Part shown: in pieces, positions 1 through 26,600 of the stretch
How positions within the stretch are numbered: position 1 is the first letter of the stretch
Layout of the letters: every line of letters starts with the position of its first letter
Assembly: GCA_051362555.1 (NCBI GenBank)
Contig: CM120649.1
Span: forward strand, 5,146,001 to 5,210,000
Source of the DNA: Lingula anatina
Lineage: Eukaryota > Animalia > Brachiopoda
Length of the DNA: 64,000 nucleotides
Direction of reading: 5' to 3'
Position numbers and translations under genes: made by a program
The notes under the pieces: model-generated
The model's database searches: none
The model's input: only the letters and a program-made list of their open reading frames with translations
Told to the model about the DNA's origin: nothing

Positions 1-192
1 AATTTAATGAAAACTGATTGTATGTTAAACATTTTCAACTCGACTTTGAAATCTATTGTTTGAAAATGTAGTGGCACCCACTAAGCATTTTCCAACTTCA
101 AAAAGTTAATAAAAAAAAAAAACATAAGGAGCTAATGACTGGACTAAACTTTGAAATTTTCTGTCCAAGAAAAAATACAGAACTATCCCCTA

Positions 193-11574
<11,382 letters not shown>

Positions 11575-12148
11575 TTTGCTTTTGCGTCACGATGTCGACG
11601 TGCGGACAAATTTGATCTTCCTCGACACTATCTGTCGCTTAATCCGTTTTTCCCGGGATCAATGAGGTCCTGGGACCTCTACAAAAGGAATTGTTATATT
11701 GGTGACTTGATTAAATAATACTTATTACAAGAAGTAGTTGATAAAGTTCCCACTCTTTTCACTACTTCTTCGCAGAGGGCTCTGTAGGAGCCTTCTGATG
11801 ATCGTGACCTAGATCACACTATTTATAGAGAAATTTTGTGAGATGCCCGGATGTCAGTCACATGGCGGAAAGCTTTTCCTTTTGAGCCTCATTTTAGAAC
11901 ACGTTTTAATTTGGACTACACATAATGAAAACGAGACTTACACAGTGTTATGATGGCGCTGCATTGTGACGCTGACCAAGAAACACATTTGAATTATTCA
12001 TAACATCAACCCGTATAATTTGATGTTTCGAAGCTGTGCATACAGTTTTAGTTATTAGAAGAATTTAGCTGTGCAAATACGTACTATTGACTTATTTAAC
12101 TAAATTTCTTAGTTTTATAATTTTTGTTGACACTGGCCCATCTTGAAA
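11575..12148. promoter_or_regulatory. Bidirectional promoter/5'UTR region shared by POLR2A (-) and the KLHDC10-like gene (+)
   Basis: The two ATGs are 574 bp apart and divergent. CpG is locally enriched. TATAAATA lies on the minus strand at about 11820-11827, a CATGGCGGAA (YY1/ETS-like) motif at 11861-11870, and a YY1-like AAAATGGCG overlaps the POLR2A ATG. Confidence 0.7.
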
Positions 12149-14133
12149 ATGGAAAAGGAACCAATCGCGATGGAAGAGAGCAGACCGCAAGTGTGTATAC
12201 AAAAGGTAGAAGTGCAAAACCAACGACTTGTAGACGATCGTCTGCCCGTGGGAAGAAGCGGTCATGTATGTTTATCGGACAAAGCAAACCTCTATATTTA
12301 TGGAGGCTACAATCCGGTAGAAGGTCCATATTATGCTCAGTTCCCCAATACTATACCAAATACCCCGTCAAGGCAAGTGCTGGCAGAACTTTGGAAATTC
12401 AACTACACTACCAAAAAGTGGGCGGAGGACGTTTCCTCTGATATTCCACGAGCTGCAGCTTCTTCGTGCGGCACAATCGGCAACGGCAAAATCCTAGTCT
12501 TTGGCGGGACAGTCTTTCCATTCGGCCATGTCATGAGCAATGATTTGCATTTATACGACATTAAATCAAAAACTTGGTCTAAAGTCTCTACGGTCGGTGT
12601 GGGCACCGCAGTCCCCAACAAGGCGTATGGCCAGAGCATATTTCTACACGGCAAATACCTCTACGTGTTCGGTGGTGCTGTCAGTTTCTACGCAGAGCCT
12701 GTATCAGAGCTGCACAGGTTAGACTTGAAGACCAAGGAGTGGCAGAGCCTCAGTCCCCGGGGGGTGGCACCCAGGGGGAGATATAAACAGGAGGTGGTCA
12801 AAGACAGTCACAGGTCAGTGGCACCCTCAGCTAAAATGTGGAGAAAGGGCGGATGTGTTTTGGTTGCTTTGTCTCTAATGTTCATATTTACATATCCAGC
12901 CCTGTAGCCAGCAATTTCAAAGGGGGGGGTTCTTTTTCTGAAAAAGTGGACCTTTTACCATATAATCCTCATGTAACTAGGTCAAATTTCACCCAGAGTG
13001 GACCTTTTTCCAGCAAAAAGGGGGGTTCTTTTGAACCCCCCGAACCCCCCCTGGGCCTGCATATCTTTAAATCTCTACTGTATTGCTTGGGTATAAACAC
13101 AATCAACAAATTTAACAATATGTACATTTTCGTAACATCTCTGTAATGGTATCTCTTAAATGGCACTTGGGATTAGAATTAAATAGAAAGTAGATATAGA
13201 AAAAATTGAGAAAAAGATAATAAAGAGGTAGTTGAAGCCATCCTTGTTCTGTGGGATTATTTCTTGTGTCATTGCAATGTTAGGGCAGATAAAAGTGATG
13301 TTGGTTAACCAGCAGTGACAAGGATGCATGGTATCTGAATTTTTTTTTTTTATTATTTTTTTTAATATATGATATTTAACAAGCAGTTAAAGTTTCAGGG
13401 CTGTTGGTTTTTTCTATTTGTTTTTTTTTTAAAGTAATAAAAAATAATACATTAAAATGTATAATTATTTTTTATTATTTTTTTCGTACTAGTAAGGGTG
13501 GACTAGATGCCAAATCCCTCAGTATAAGTGATTTTAGAGCATAAAATTAAAAGCAGTTTAGTTGTTTTTTTTATCTGAAATCAATTGTAATTTTTTTCCA
13601 CTTACCAAACCATTAAAATGCCCAAAGTATTTTTCAATTTTTCACATAGGTAGCAATAGGTAAAAAAATTCTGATATCCTCAAAATAAGGGTCGTTTGCA
13701 CTTGAAAACCATCTTTTCAATTTTGTCTGGCCTCATAGTATTTAAAACTTTCTGGAATAATTAGCTCTTATTCTTTTTTCATTATGCTGGTCTTGAATAA
13801 TATATAAAGAAAATACACAATCGTATCACTTTTTCACTTGAATCGGCTTATAAAATCATCATGTATGAATAATTCACAGTTATAGATGTATGAGAACACA
13901 AACCATTGTGGACATATTTGCATTTTAAAGTGATACACTAATTTTTGCATGTACATAAAATGCTGCAAAAGGTATGAAAAGCAAAAGGTTGAATAACTGT
14001 GTATTTGTATTTGACATGAAAAAAGCTGTTGAATCTACATCTATATCTGGGCCTACGTGCTTACACTGCTTTAAGAAAAATACAAGTCCTGGGCCAGTAA
14101 CAGATTCCAGGAAGGACTTTATTCACTTAATTC

Positions 14134-14200
<67 letters not shown>

Positions 14201-15208
14201 ATAACTGGAAAGGGTGCTAGGGATTTACTAGTAGTTTGACATAGAAATATTAGGACTATTTACAAAAAGGCACATGTGTGTCAAAGGGTGGATTGTAACT
14301 ACTTTTTAACTACTATGGTATTTTGTGCTATGACAGACCTACATGTACGTTCCAAACCCAACTTAGACTATGATAAAAAAAAGTGCTTTGTCTTTTTAAT
14401 GTCTTTAAAAAGTGAAGGGTTATTTTTAATGTTATCAAGATTACTAGTATGCTTTAATAATTATGAAGAAATATCAACTGTGCATTAAAATTGCAATTAC
14501 TGGCAATTTAATATATTATTATTATTAGACAAGCTAAACATTTTGGTCTAAATATTGTATTTTATCAGTCATTCAGTCCTTTATGGATTTTTAGGGAAAA
14601 AAAGCATCATTGGTCTTATTACGCTGTACAGGTTGATTGAAATTAAAGCACCGCTAGATGAATAGTTTCTTCTTCTTCTTTCCCCCAGGTTCTACATCCT
14701 AGGAGGCGGCCATCTTCTGGGAGTTGAAGGCTTGGATGTACTGTGTACCTTCTCTTTTGAAGACAATGCTTGGGAGGAAGTCTCCACGCTCCCAGATAGG
14801 CAACATGGCTACCCAATGCCCCGAGCGTGTTTCGCCTGTGTCCAGTGGAGGGACGATGTTTATATATTTGGAGGCCGCCATTATGCTGTTCCCCATACAA
14901 ACCAGGTGTTAGGTGATATCTGGCACCTGTCGCTGAGGTCAATGCAGTGGACAAAAATGGGGCGAGATTTACCAAAGCCAACTTACTTCCAGAGTGCTGC
15001 ATCGCCGTATAAAGGACTTGCATATGTGTATGGTGGAGTCATTAATGAGAATACTAGGACATCAGATTTGTATGAAATCCAAATAGGTGTTCTCAGTCTA
15101 GCTGATTTATGTTGGAGAAGACTGGTTGATTTGCATCCTGATCTCTCCTCGTGTGCCAAACAGCTTGCTGACCTAGGGGTACCTCAAGATTTTATTGAAC
15201 GGTTATGA
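12149..15208 (+). CDS. KLHDC10: Kelch domain-containing protein 10-like (394 aa), 2 coding exons
   Basis: Exons 12149-12813 (donor CAG|gtcagt) and 14689-15208 (acceptor ttcccccag|G) total 1185 nt in frame. Kelch repeats: RSGH..LYIYGGYNP, LVFGGTVFPFG..SNDLH, YGQS..LYVFGG, GRYKQE, YPMPRACFACVQ..VYIFGG. The C-terminal SLADLCW..L box and LGVPQDFIERL end resemble KLHDC10/slim. Confidence 0.85.
12897..13059. mobile_element. Short degenerate MITE (CAG..CTG ends, hAT-like)
   Basis: Starts CAGCCCTGTAGCCAG and ends CCCCCCTGGGCCTG. Contains internal GGGGGGTTC/GAACCCCCC inverted motifs and a duplicated AGTGGACCTTTT. Confidence 0.5.
14134..14196. repeat. (TA)n(GA)n compound microsatellite
   Basis: Read directly. 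Confidence 0.9.
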
Positions 15209-17550
15209 TAAATATTATCTTATATTATTATCCCATATAACAGAAAATCAATTTTTAATATATATGTATTTTTTACACTTATACCGCATGTTGTGTACCT
15301 ATTCAGGATTTTTTGTGAAACAGATCTTCTCAATCTTTTTTTTTTTTCAAACAAATATTCTAGAATATGTAGGGATTGTTTTTATTATCCTTTCTTTTAA
15401 TCTAGAATGGAAAATGTTCGCTGGTGCATGGTGCCTCTACATTTTATTGGATTGAATTTTCTGTAAAGGGATAGTTAGCAATGGGTATTGATTAAAATTT
15501 AAGATATGTTCTAGAATGTATATGTTTTTGTAATTTATTAAATTTTTATCTATTTGTTTTGGGATTGGAAATAAAAATGGTGGCCAGAGGGAAGGATTTG
15601 TTGATAAAAATATAGATTTGGTCGCCTTTTTGGGTTGATCTACCTGGTATCCTTATCTTATAGACAGTAATCACTAGATTCTGCTAGGATTTCTATTGAT
15701 ATTTTAGCAAATGTGAAACATAAACTATAGGGGCTATGTGAAAAGAAAAATGTAAAATGTTTAATTTTTTGTGTCATATTTATCCCTGATTTGATTTAAA
15801 GATTTGGTTTGGATGTAATCATTTCAAAGTAATTTATTGACGATAAATTTTATCTTCGGTTGCAATCAACTAATGCCAAATGTTGTTCTTAATGAACAAG
15901 TTATTAATTCGCAACTGTTACAGCTATTTAAAACCTGCAAACAGAGAGTGATGATTGTAATGCTGATATTTCTGAAGGGTGGTAATATAGTTGACAGTCC
16001 ACCATGAATAATTTTTCTTTGAGGTTGTAATTAATGAAATTTTTCAAGTATGTATACTAGTGTATTAGACAGACTCAATTGAATATGTCATTTTTTTTAA
16101 GAATAATGAATGCAGTTTACTGCTGTGGGTTTAATTTTTCAATTTTGTCAAAGGGCAATATATTATCAAGGGATCCTATTTATTTATGAGGATGTAAATG
16201 TGCCAAAAAAATTGATCCTGAAGGTTCTAGCAGACGTTGGTTATTAAAAATATTTCGACTTTTTAAAGTTAAATTTGTTAGGTTATGGATAATATAAGTA
16301 AAAGGAGTTGAATTTTTTTCCCCAAAGTTTATCTGTGTTCCTCTCTTTGCTATAGCCATATCAGGCATGTTTTTAAAGGACGCATTTATACACGATATAA
16401 ATGGTCGTGTCTGATCTTATCTGACACAAATTATATTCTAGCTGTTGAATTGGTGTCAGGTTATTTCATAAGATCAAATATCCCAGTTAAATTTATATCT
16501 ATGTTTTAGCACACATCAAAAGTGTATAATATTTAATAAATATGTGGTGCTTATAAAAATGTATATTAAATTTATGTAATAGGAAATGACATTAGATTAC
16601 TAGTCAGAGCAGATGAAATAATGCACTAAAGACAAAATAGGAATGGTCATTTTCCGTTTTTAGAAACTAATTGCTAGTCAGACATTATTTCTTTATGCAA
16701 GAATTGTAATTTTGAACAGAAATGTACTCACTTAAATTTAAAAGTCTTCTCCCATAGCAACGGATACTTGTTTAAATATAATTAACTTAAATCCTGTTTT
16801 TAAGGATCTTGCTGTAACTATCAAAGAGAATATGAAAATAAATATCATTCAATATTTTTTGCTTATTTTGAGCAAATTTGCAATTTCCAAAAATTGCATC
16901 TATCCTAGCTATAGTTATATCATAATTTACCTTAAGTGTCTATTTTGTTCCTTCTTTCATCAGTATTATTTATTTTGATTTTATTTATTTAAAATTATAC
17001 ATATATGTTTGCACTGCTTTAAGTGAAATAAATAAATGGTTATTTTATTTTTATTTATTTATTTTTAAGAACTTCGTAGCAAGAGTAATTCACATAGCTG
17101 AATAATAGATGGTGAGTCATGTTGAATTTATCACGCGTATTTATAATCTGTGAGCTTTGTGTGACCACGCCTATTTTATCTTGCTCTTATGTGAAAAGAG
17201 CCCAGAAAAGGCACACCGAAAACGAGACTGTTGACCTCACACCCAAGGAAGCCATTTTACCTGACAGGTAGCGCGTCAATGAAAGGTTTATTTTATAGCG
17301 ATCATTTGGGAATTTTCGTCAATAGGTGACACCGGTACACTTAGAAATAGTGAATTCAAACAGGGAAATGCCCAAGAAGTAGAGTAGATCGTTCCAGTTT
17401 CCAGCAGATCACGTCAAATTTCGAGCCCGCCGTGCCAGGTGTCATAAAGTTTTGGGTCGTGATTCACACAGGTCTTGAGTACGTCAACTGTGAAAAAGTT
17501 TTCTGTATCTTAAACGTTTATTCGGAACTTAGCAGAACAACTAGCAGAAG

Positions 17551-18293
17551 ATGACCATGGGGGATGAAGCGCTGTTTGCCTCCATGGTGATGCCGGTGGT
17601 GTTTGGACCTATTTTAGAAAAGGTGAGAATTTCATTTAAAAAATAAATAGATAAATAAATTAGAAAATAATTAAATAAGTTGTTGTCAGTTATTTTTGTA
17701 GTTTGAATGATGATACTGTAACACTTTTCATTAAAAGTTTCGAAGATACATGTGTGATTATTTATACTGTTTACATTTTGTGATATTAACAGTGACACTT
17801 TGGTTGTACATAGTCATGATATTACTGTATGTCTCTGTCATAGTTAACTGTGAGCGGAGATAGAAAATTATTGCTTCTGATAGTTCTGTTGAAAATGAAA
17901 TGCTGATTCAACTTATATGAACGTTGTCAATCTTGATAAGAAAAAATACTAGTATTGTAAATTTACACTGTTGAAAAAGATTACAACAGTAACAACTTGT
18001 ATTTTATTGCACTGCAGTCTTTAGTAATTGCTCCAGTCGATTTTAAATTACTTTTTAAAGCTAAGTGTACTTCATAGTCACAAATATACAATGGATTCCT
18101 TGCCTTGAAAACCTTTTGCATTTATGTTTTACTTAATGATCCTATCAGTATAGCATTAGAGCCTTAGCTTCAGAAGATCTCTGATACATAAGTGGTGACT
18201 CAATAATTTTGGGAGACCTCTGTAACTTTTATCATAATGGAGATCAACTTTGAAAGCAAGAATACCATTTGTTATAATAGTAGTATTTTAATC

Positions 18294-18330
<37 letters not shown>

Positions 18331-21273
18331 CCCCTTTCTAACTCTAAGGTAAATGAAGTTATAAAAGATAACTCCTCTCTATTGTATATTTCAGCTTGAG
18401 AAGAGAGACATAGGAGCTGCACAAACTCTCAGAGCTGCCCTAACAAAAGTGAGCATTGTGTTGGGGTTTACATCTTCCTTAAAAAAAACTTGATATAAAG
18501 TATAACATATATCTTGTGTTCAAGATGGTGTTCTTATAATGAGTTGTATTTCTTACCTATAAAAGAACAACATGTGGAATAAGACTCCTGCTCTTATTGT
18601 AATGACTCTGTATACATTGTCATTACTCATTATTAGACATTTACATGAATCATAGCAACATTTTTTGCTGTTTTTTTATCACCAAGTTGCTCAAGGCTGT
18701 TTTTTTAACAATGATAATAGACCTAATTTTGTGAATTATGATACTGATGTGTTTTCCCCTTCAGTGATCTGGTTTAGTTAAGGTGAATATTAAGTTGAAT
18801 TTATCTTCATTTGTCACATGTTAATGTCACAACACACTGTTTAGGAAAACCAGGAAGTGGTATGCTTGACATGTTTTTAAAGGTGTTTTTTTTAGAGGAA
18901 AGTGGGTGTTTTGCCTTCGATAATGTCCTGATGATAATAGGTCTTTTGAAATTACCAGAGTACTTAAAAAGGGGACAGGTGTGGCACAAACTATATACGT
19001 GTGTGTGATATAGCTTATACCGTAAGTTACCACTTAAAGTGTGGATCACCATTTGGATAAAAGTGAGCTGCAGAACCTTTCTATATGAATTTGATAATTG
19101 GATTCTAAGGCTTTCTATATAATAGGGAACGGCAAACTCCAGCCACATGATGATAAGGAATGTAGTGTATAATGGCAGCACTGGTCCAATGTAAAATGCC
19201 AGTAATATGAAAGCAGTGTCAGTAAATTTTTGTAAAAATTGACAAATTCAGCACTGGTCACTATATCTGGTTTGGGGCGGAAGATTTTTGGACCCTAGTG
19301 CCCTAAAGAGTTAGTAGGCTAAAAAGGTTAAAGCACAGTCTAAAGAGCCATCAGGACTTATATATCATCTTTAAGTCTTCATCATTTCAGGCTGAAACTA
19401 ACCACCCTGGGCTGGCTTATGACATGGTAAAAGGCATCCTAAGGAAAGCAGAGCTGGCAGGAAAAGTAGACATGTGTGAAAGTCTTCTCAGGTTAGAGGG
19501 ACTCAACCAGTCAGATGGTGAGTGGCTCAGAGAACTGACTCTAGTGGTCTGATGGTTTATGGCTTGTTATGTTGATATGTTCTGTTCTTTCTGCATTTTT
19601 ATTTGTAACAATTAGTTAAAATTACTTCCTGTTTGAATTTGTATTACTGAAAATATTGAGTGTGTGATAGAATATACATGAATTTGAATTTTTCGCACTT
19701 TATAGTGTTTAGACTAATAATCTTAAAAAATATTCTTTTTGTCCAAAGAAATCAGTAACTTTTAAAAATTCTTCTAATCTGATAATATTATCAGATCTTC
19801 TTATTAATTGCCTTGGACTGATAGCTAATAGCACACATTTTTTTAAGGCATGGGTTATTATTATTATTATTTTATTTATTTATTCATTTTTTGCTGCCAG
19901 AGTTCCGCATTGATCGTCCAGAACCAGCCTTCCAGGAGCTCAACCAGCAGTCTGCCACACTGAAGAAGATTCTGAGCAGGATCCCAGATGAAATTTATGA
20001 CAGAAGAAAGTTTTTAGAAACTATCAAGTAAGTTCTGCACAGTCTGAATTCTCCTTTAAATCCCATGTTTTATTCTTAACAGGATATTACTTAGGGAAAG
20101 AAAAGCACACCATTTTATGAAAATTGTTTAATATTTTTTTTCCTTGCCGTGCAATCATATGTAATCTTTGGCTGGAAAAGTTTTTAAAGAAAAACATTGA
20201 TGCCATCAAAAGTATCCTCCATTGAAAGCAGTTATGACATTCAGTTGGAATATAACTCAAAGATGGTTCCTGACCTTAAAATTGTAGCATTAGTTTATCA
20301 TGATTGACGATATAATTTCTTCGCTCCAGGGACATAGCTAGTGCCATTAAAACTTTACTGGATGCAGTGAACAGTGTAGTCAATTATATACAGGGACCAG
20401 AAAATAAGCAGGTACTTGTATAGTTATCTGACCTCAAAAATAAAATACTATTATTATTTTCTAAAATACTATTATTTTTTAACTTGACCTTATCACTTTA
20501 ATTAACTTGAAAAAGAAAAGCGACTAGCAGTTTTACCATATTAATATTTTTCGCTAAATTGGGGAAATATGAAGGATTAAAACTATAAGGCAGGACCATA
20601 GATGGTGAGCAAAACAGGGGGTAGTGTGAAATGTATAATAATTATAATTATTATGATGTGTCAGTTCAAAAGATGAAGGGGGGGGGGAGGATAATTTTTA
20701 TACAAATGTTCATATGTTGTTCTATTGACTTTTTGTAGTTACTTGATCAGAGGAAAAGAGAATTTGTGAAGTATTCCAAAAGGTTTAGCAACACACTTAA
20801 AGAATTCTTTAAAAATAACCAGTGAGTATTTGAGAGTTACTTTTATTCAGCTACATAAAAATGCATTAGAAATAGAGGATGTGCAGCTAGTTTGAGTTAC
20901 TGTACTGGAAAAAGTGCAAGAATTGATTAATACAACTTGCTTGAAAACTGACTGTCTGACTGTCGTGCTTTATAAACTTTTCTGTGATTTATGTGAAATT
21001 TTTATTGTCAGACTTTTTTCCATAAAGTGAAAAAAAAAGCACTACAGAGAAAATTGTTAATTATAATAATTATTACCACTTTTGTTCTATGTTTTTGGTA
21101 TAATATTTCTATAACAATTTGAACATTTTAAGCCATAATATTCTGTTATTTCTGTGTCCAATCATTAAACCATGTGCATTTGTAATTCCAGGAAATCGGA
21201 CGTATTTCTCAGTGCAAACTATCTGGTCAATCAAACCAGTGTGATAATGAAGACTGTGAAAGCAGCTTGCTGA
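17551..21273 (+). CDS. PDCD10: Programmed cell death protein 10 / CCM3 (208 aa), 7 coding exons
   Basis: Exons 17551-17622, 18395-18448, 19391-19517, 19901-20027, 20330-20411, 20739-20821, 21192-21273 total 627 nt, all GT-AG. Translation includes [96 protein letters not shown] and [12 protein letters not shown]. Missed by the ORF track because the exons are short. Confidence 0.95.
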
Positions 21274-23394
21274 CTTTGAACATTGTGCTGGTTGTGACAA
21301 AGCAAGCCACACCTAACACATTCTCTGCATCCCTGTGCAGAGTAATATATGAATAGTTAACTGCCAGATCTAGTAGTCTGATTAGATGACATCTTCCAAT
21401 GTGAGAATATAAAAGAAGAGGATTATTTTAGACTGCTAATAGATATATGCATAGGGAGATCTGTAGTGTGTTGTTGAGGACTGATGGCGGAATCAGAATA
21501 ATTATTTAGTAAATTGGTTCATGAGTTGACTGAAGTTGAAACTTTTGAGGCACAGGCTAGGTGAAAACAATGTGGATGATTGGTTTCTGTGGCCATCAGA
21601 TGAAATATTTTCTGCAGCAAACTATTTTCGTATGAGCAGAACAGTATGAAAAATCAACCTTGACTCTTCTGAAGGTCAAGGTTAGACATTATTTTCGAGG
21701 TTTTTGCTTTAGACAGAGGAGTTTCAAGGGCAGCTCATGACATGTTAAAATCTTCACTGACCAGAGGGACAACTTGAGAGAAAATGGCAACCAATTATCA
21801 TATGTAAAAACTATATTTATGATGAAAACACATTGTGATCTAGAATGGAAAATGTTGGAATAAATCGTGGGGAATTTTCAGAAGTTTTATGATTCATTAG
21901 GCATAGCCATGATATCTGTTAGAACAGAAGGAGTGGAAGTTCAGTTAATTGCTTAGTCTACTCAGTGAGGTTGTTTTGGCATGAACTTGTAAGCTTATTT
22001 CTAATGCAGCACTGGAATCCTATGGTATAGGTTCTCAAGCAAATGAATATAAATAGGTGCTTCTCACTTTTAAGTGGAACCAAATTTTAGAGGAAAAAAT
22101 GACAAAATTAGTTGCACTTACAAAAAGTAGTAGTGGTTGCTAAACCAAAATTAGGGAAATTAGAAGCTTTTATATTTTGATAAGATCAGACAGGAGTTAT
22201 TGTTGTTCAGATGTAGATACTGCAGTAATGTTAGCTAATAATAAGAAATATTTAGCATATTGTTAAGTAATGCTTGTAGACATGTGTAATAGTTCAGGTT
22301 GTTTCAAGCTCATAAGTTCAGATTGTAAAATACGTAAAAAGAAAGCTTGTGAAAATATGCTCACCTGAACTTGTGGTTGAGCAAATTTCTGCAACGAAGC
22401 CGTTTGCTTTTATCTTGAAGAATTGGGTAATACTAGATGACTTGAAACGATTGCTTTCAATTAAACTTAGCATATAACGCATATAATATGCTGCACTTAA
22501 AAAAACAGTAACTCTTAGTACAATCTAAGAAATTTGGTCGAAAAGTTTGTTTATTGAGGAAATATGATTGCATTTGAAGCTTTGAACTGCTGATTTGAAA
22601 TGTGATCATGTTATCTGGTCAACATTATCCAAAGTAAAAAGGATATTTTTATTTGTATGTATATGGCATTTATAAAACTACCCAAAGGCATATTTAATAC
22701 AGATATATTTTACTCCAGATAGTTGGGAAAGATTGCTGTTAATTTTAGTCTTTTCCCTTGTGTATTATTTGTTTGACAGGTATATTTAAGGACTTAATTT
22801 AAAGTTTGCACCTTTTGGCCATTGCATTAATACATTTGATTGTGTCCCATGCAAGTTAGATGAAAATTGTCCATAGAATGTTGGTCAAAAACTCTAGTTT
22901 CACTGTATCATTATCCAAGGTATGACAAGGTATCTAGTATGTTCATTTTTGCAGCCTGTACAATATGTCATTGTTGGCACATTGGTTGTGATTTTTTATC
23001 TGTAATTCCGATTAAAATTTGTATCTCGGGCAGGGGCCGAGCTTTGAAGTATGCATATTATGAACATGTGTCCTGTCAAGGGGAGTGCATGGGAATAGCC
23101 CATTTTGTAGGGAGGGGAATAGAACAGCCCATATTGTTACCCATATTGAAGTCACTGTATTGAATAAGATTTGGAAATTCATTAATTAATTAATTTATTT
23201 ACTTCAATGAACAGTACTGTTATAATTGTTAAGAATATGCAGCACCATGGTATGTATGAACTATTAATCAAAACAATACTGCTACAAAGTATATCAAAAC
23301 AGAGGGACAATTAAATTTTCTGAGGCCGAGAATACACTAGAGGCACTGTATTACTGTATTAATTTGAAAATAGTTATAAATATTACTGATAAAT

Positions 23395-23644
23395 AATAAA
23401 TTAAAATGAATTACAATTCAGTTTTTTTTTTCAGATTTTGAACTATTTTGGGTTATTGGATGTAGACTCATCCACACACAAATTTCAAGCACATCAGGAT
23501 CTGTGTTTGGACAGTTCCCATTATCCTAGATATTTTTGAAAAAAAAAAAATTGTCTGCCGACTCCTTAACACTAGTTTCAAACTTGAATCTAAGAAAATG
23601 CCAATAAGATGAAAGCAGAAATCTTACGTATCAAAATGTTTATT
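23395..23644. terminator. Candidate convergent polyadenylation signals of PDCD10 (+, AATAAA 23395-23400) and AGFG1 (-, AATAAA 23639-23644)
   Basis: Hexamers read directly; the plus-strand one is followed by a T-rich tract. Assignment to these genes is inference and other AATAAA sites exist. Confidence 0.45.
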
Positions 23645-26600
23645 TCATATAGTGAGAAGATTAACTTTGACACTGAACAGATAACAAGTTAATAATAATA
23701 TTAATAATGATAATAATGAAGGTGCTTAAACCCAGTAAAACAAACTATGGCATCCTATAATTAGAATAATACTTACACAAGACTTGGACAACACTGGAGG
23801 TAAGCAGTTTCACTTTCACTATTACTAACAAGTGCTCAACAGACTGCATTTAAAAAAGAGAAAAAGCAAATACTTCATGATGTTTTCAATTTTATCTACA
23901 GCTGGTGCCACCATGCTGGTTTTTCATCACATCATATTACGTCATTTATTTTTAAAGATTTGTCAGATTGTCCCCCACTTAGTACAGGAGACACATATTC
24001 CACAAAGCCCTCACCCCCCCCCCCCCCCCAATAACACCCCTTACCCTTAAATTAAAACCTACACCCCACCCACCCTTCCCCTGTTTTCTACAGGTATCTA
24101 GCAGCATATTAATGAATGAAAACATTCAACAGCATTTCCACTATTTTCTTTCTCCACTCTTGATTGCCAATCAGAAGAAAAAAAGTTTTAAAAGAATTTA
24201 AAAACCTCTGACAATTCACCAAGGTAGGTCTACTGAATTTTCAATGATCCATTTTTTTACTGAAAGAACACAAATTCCCAAATAAATGCTTATAACTGGT
24301 CTTATTATCATGCTGTATGTTTTATACCACACACATTTTCACTCCAACTGCAAATGAACAAAACAGTCAAGTTTTGGCAATTTGTATAAGCAATCAAAAT
24401 ATCTACCTTCATTTAGAAGAAGCACCCTATGCATACTGGTTCTCCACTCTTCCTACTGTGCAACTCTTCTCAAACAGACAAATGAAGTGGAGTGCAGCAT
24501 TTTACCAATACAATTAGGCCGACGAGAAGAGGAAGAGACGCACAATTTATTATAATAATTATATTACCTCTATGTGTAGTTGTGCAGAACCTTTGGAAGT
24601 TTATTCTTATACATACCTTGTTCAATACCCCATAATAAATCCTAACCCCCTTAAAAAAAATTAACCCTTCATATACTACACAACCAAGACCCTTTCCATT
24701 CTGAACTTCATTCACGCTAAAGTGCAACTTTGGTCTGTATCATAAACTTTTCATTTTCCAAATTTACTTCTGAACTCATGTCAATCCACAGATCATAACC
24801 ATGCTAATGAATGACCAGTAAGTAAGCATGAATTAGAAATCCAGTCTTTTATAATGAAATGTGTATTATTACATAAGCTGGATGTTGAATAATAGTCATG
24901 AACATTTCAACCATGTGATCATATAGTACTCGACAGTTATCAAATGATGATTTAGTATTATGTTAGCAGGGGCTCCTGTTATATACTTAGTTTGAGGTTA
25001 ACAGTTACTTCAAAACTGGTCAGGCACTTTCTCTAAGCAGAACTATGCATTCTACTAGTACACGAACAGTCCACAATTTCAGCCAATCAATTTGCTTGTG
25101 TGAAATGATATTTTGTTTTAAATGGTACACACCTGCAGGGCTATAAATTTTGGCAACCCTGCACCTTTGTTGGGATCTGCCCCCCCCCTTCCAAAAAAAA
25201 AAAAAAAGATCCCCACCTTAACAGCATGGTTAGTAGATCAATGTGCAAACAAAAGTCCTTTTTAAATATAACATTGTTAAGCTGGGTCCATGAAATAGTC
25301 TTGCATTATACCCCTTTTCAACCACTCTACACCACCCAAATTAACACGTGGTGGTATCCTAAAAAATTCAGCCCAAGATTTACATCTACAATATCTTGTA
25401 CATTCTAACTATTTACATTAAATATATTTCATAGTCATATGTATATATTTATATATATATATTAGAAAATAAGCAATATACCTAAAATACACCTTGGGTT
25501 TGAAGTACCTTTACACCAAAAAGAAAGAGAATATTAAGCTTCAATGTGCAAAGTACCATTTAATTTTCCACTCATAACAGACGACATTGCAAGTGCAACA
25601 ACAAAAAGCAGCAATGAATTCTGGGTAAGTTATCCCATAATATTCAGCATCACGTCTTTCCCATAATTTCAAAATCTTTCATACTTTTTTCTTGCCTTTA
25701 GTTGCAATATTAACGTTCTAACTACTCATAATTGTGCTCTTATCTGGACGAAGAGTAATCACAATTTAAAGGAAAACATCACCGACTCTCTCTCGAGCAA
25801 GTTTTTAGACAAGATTTTCAACTTTTCTGTAGATTTTTTATAACTTATCATTTCTGTAACTGTTATATATTATATATTTGAAGTGAAATGTTGGCAGGTA
25901 TAATTTTCATTTCTATTCATTTGGAATATTTCTGTCACAAAGTTACGTAACTACTGGGAAAGTCTGATTAAATAAACAAACTTACTAGGTTGCAGCAAGA
26001 CAAGTTTGTATTATAGCAATTTATACGTCGAAGCATTGAAGTATCATTTGTAACAATACACTGTGCCAGACAAGTTAGTACAGCGAGCAGTCTACAGGCA
26101 TCATAATTTGCCCCTTGCTATGCAGTGTGCTTATGAATACGATGGCTTCTTTTCAGGATATCTTAATCATTCACAGTAATAAAATTTTGAAATACTCTGG
26201 AGCGGATGCTTTCAACTGGGTTTCCCTGCTCAGTGCAATACGGACATAAACGAACAAGACACTTATTTTCTCCTAAAGATGGCAGCACTGGTCCCAAAGC
26301 ACCTTCACAATGACATCGTGGACTGTGTCATGCAGTTTCAATACATTTTTTTATCACGTCACACACTTCAAGCATGACTGTTCCAACAAGTTCCTAGTCT
26401 AATGTTCACCTTTCTACACACACTGCATCAAAAATCCTTCCAGTCTCACAATGTTCTATCGAGTGGCACATCTTTTTATCACCATGATACACAATATGGC
26501 TGACCACCATGCTTGTAGCAGTTCCAATGCTTCGACCAGTTTTGAAACTGCACAACAAAACACCTTCCTTGTCTCACCTTTCTCCATCAGATCAGTTTAT

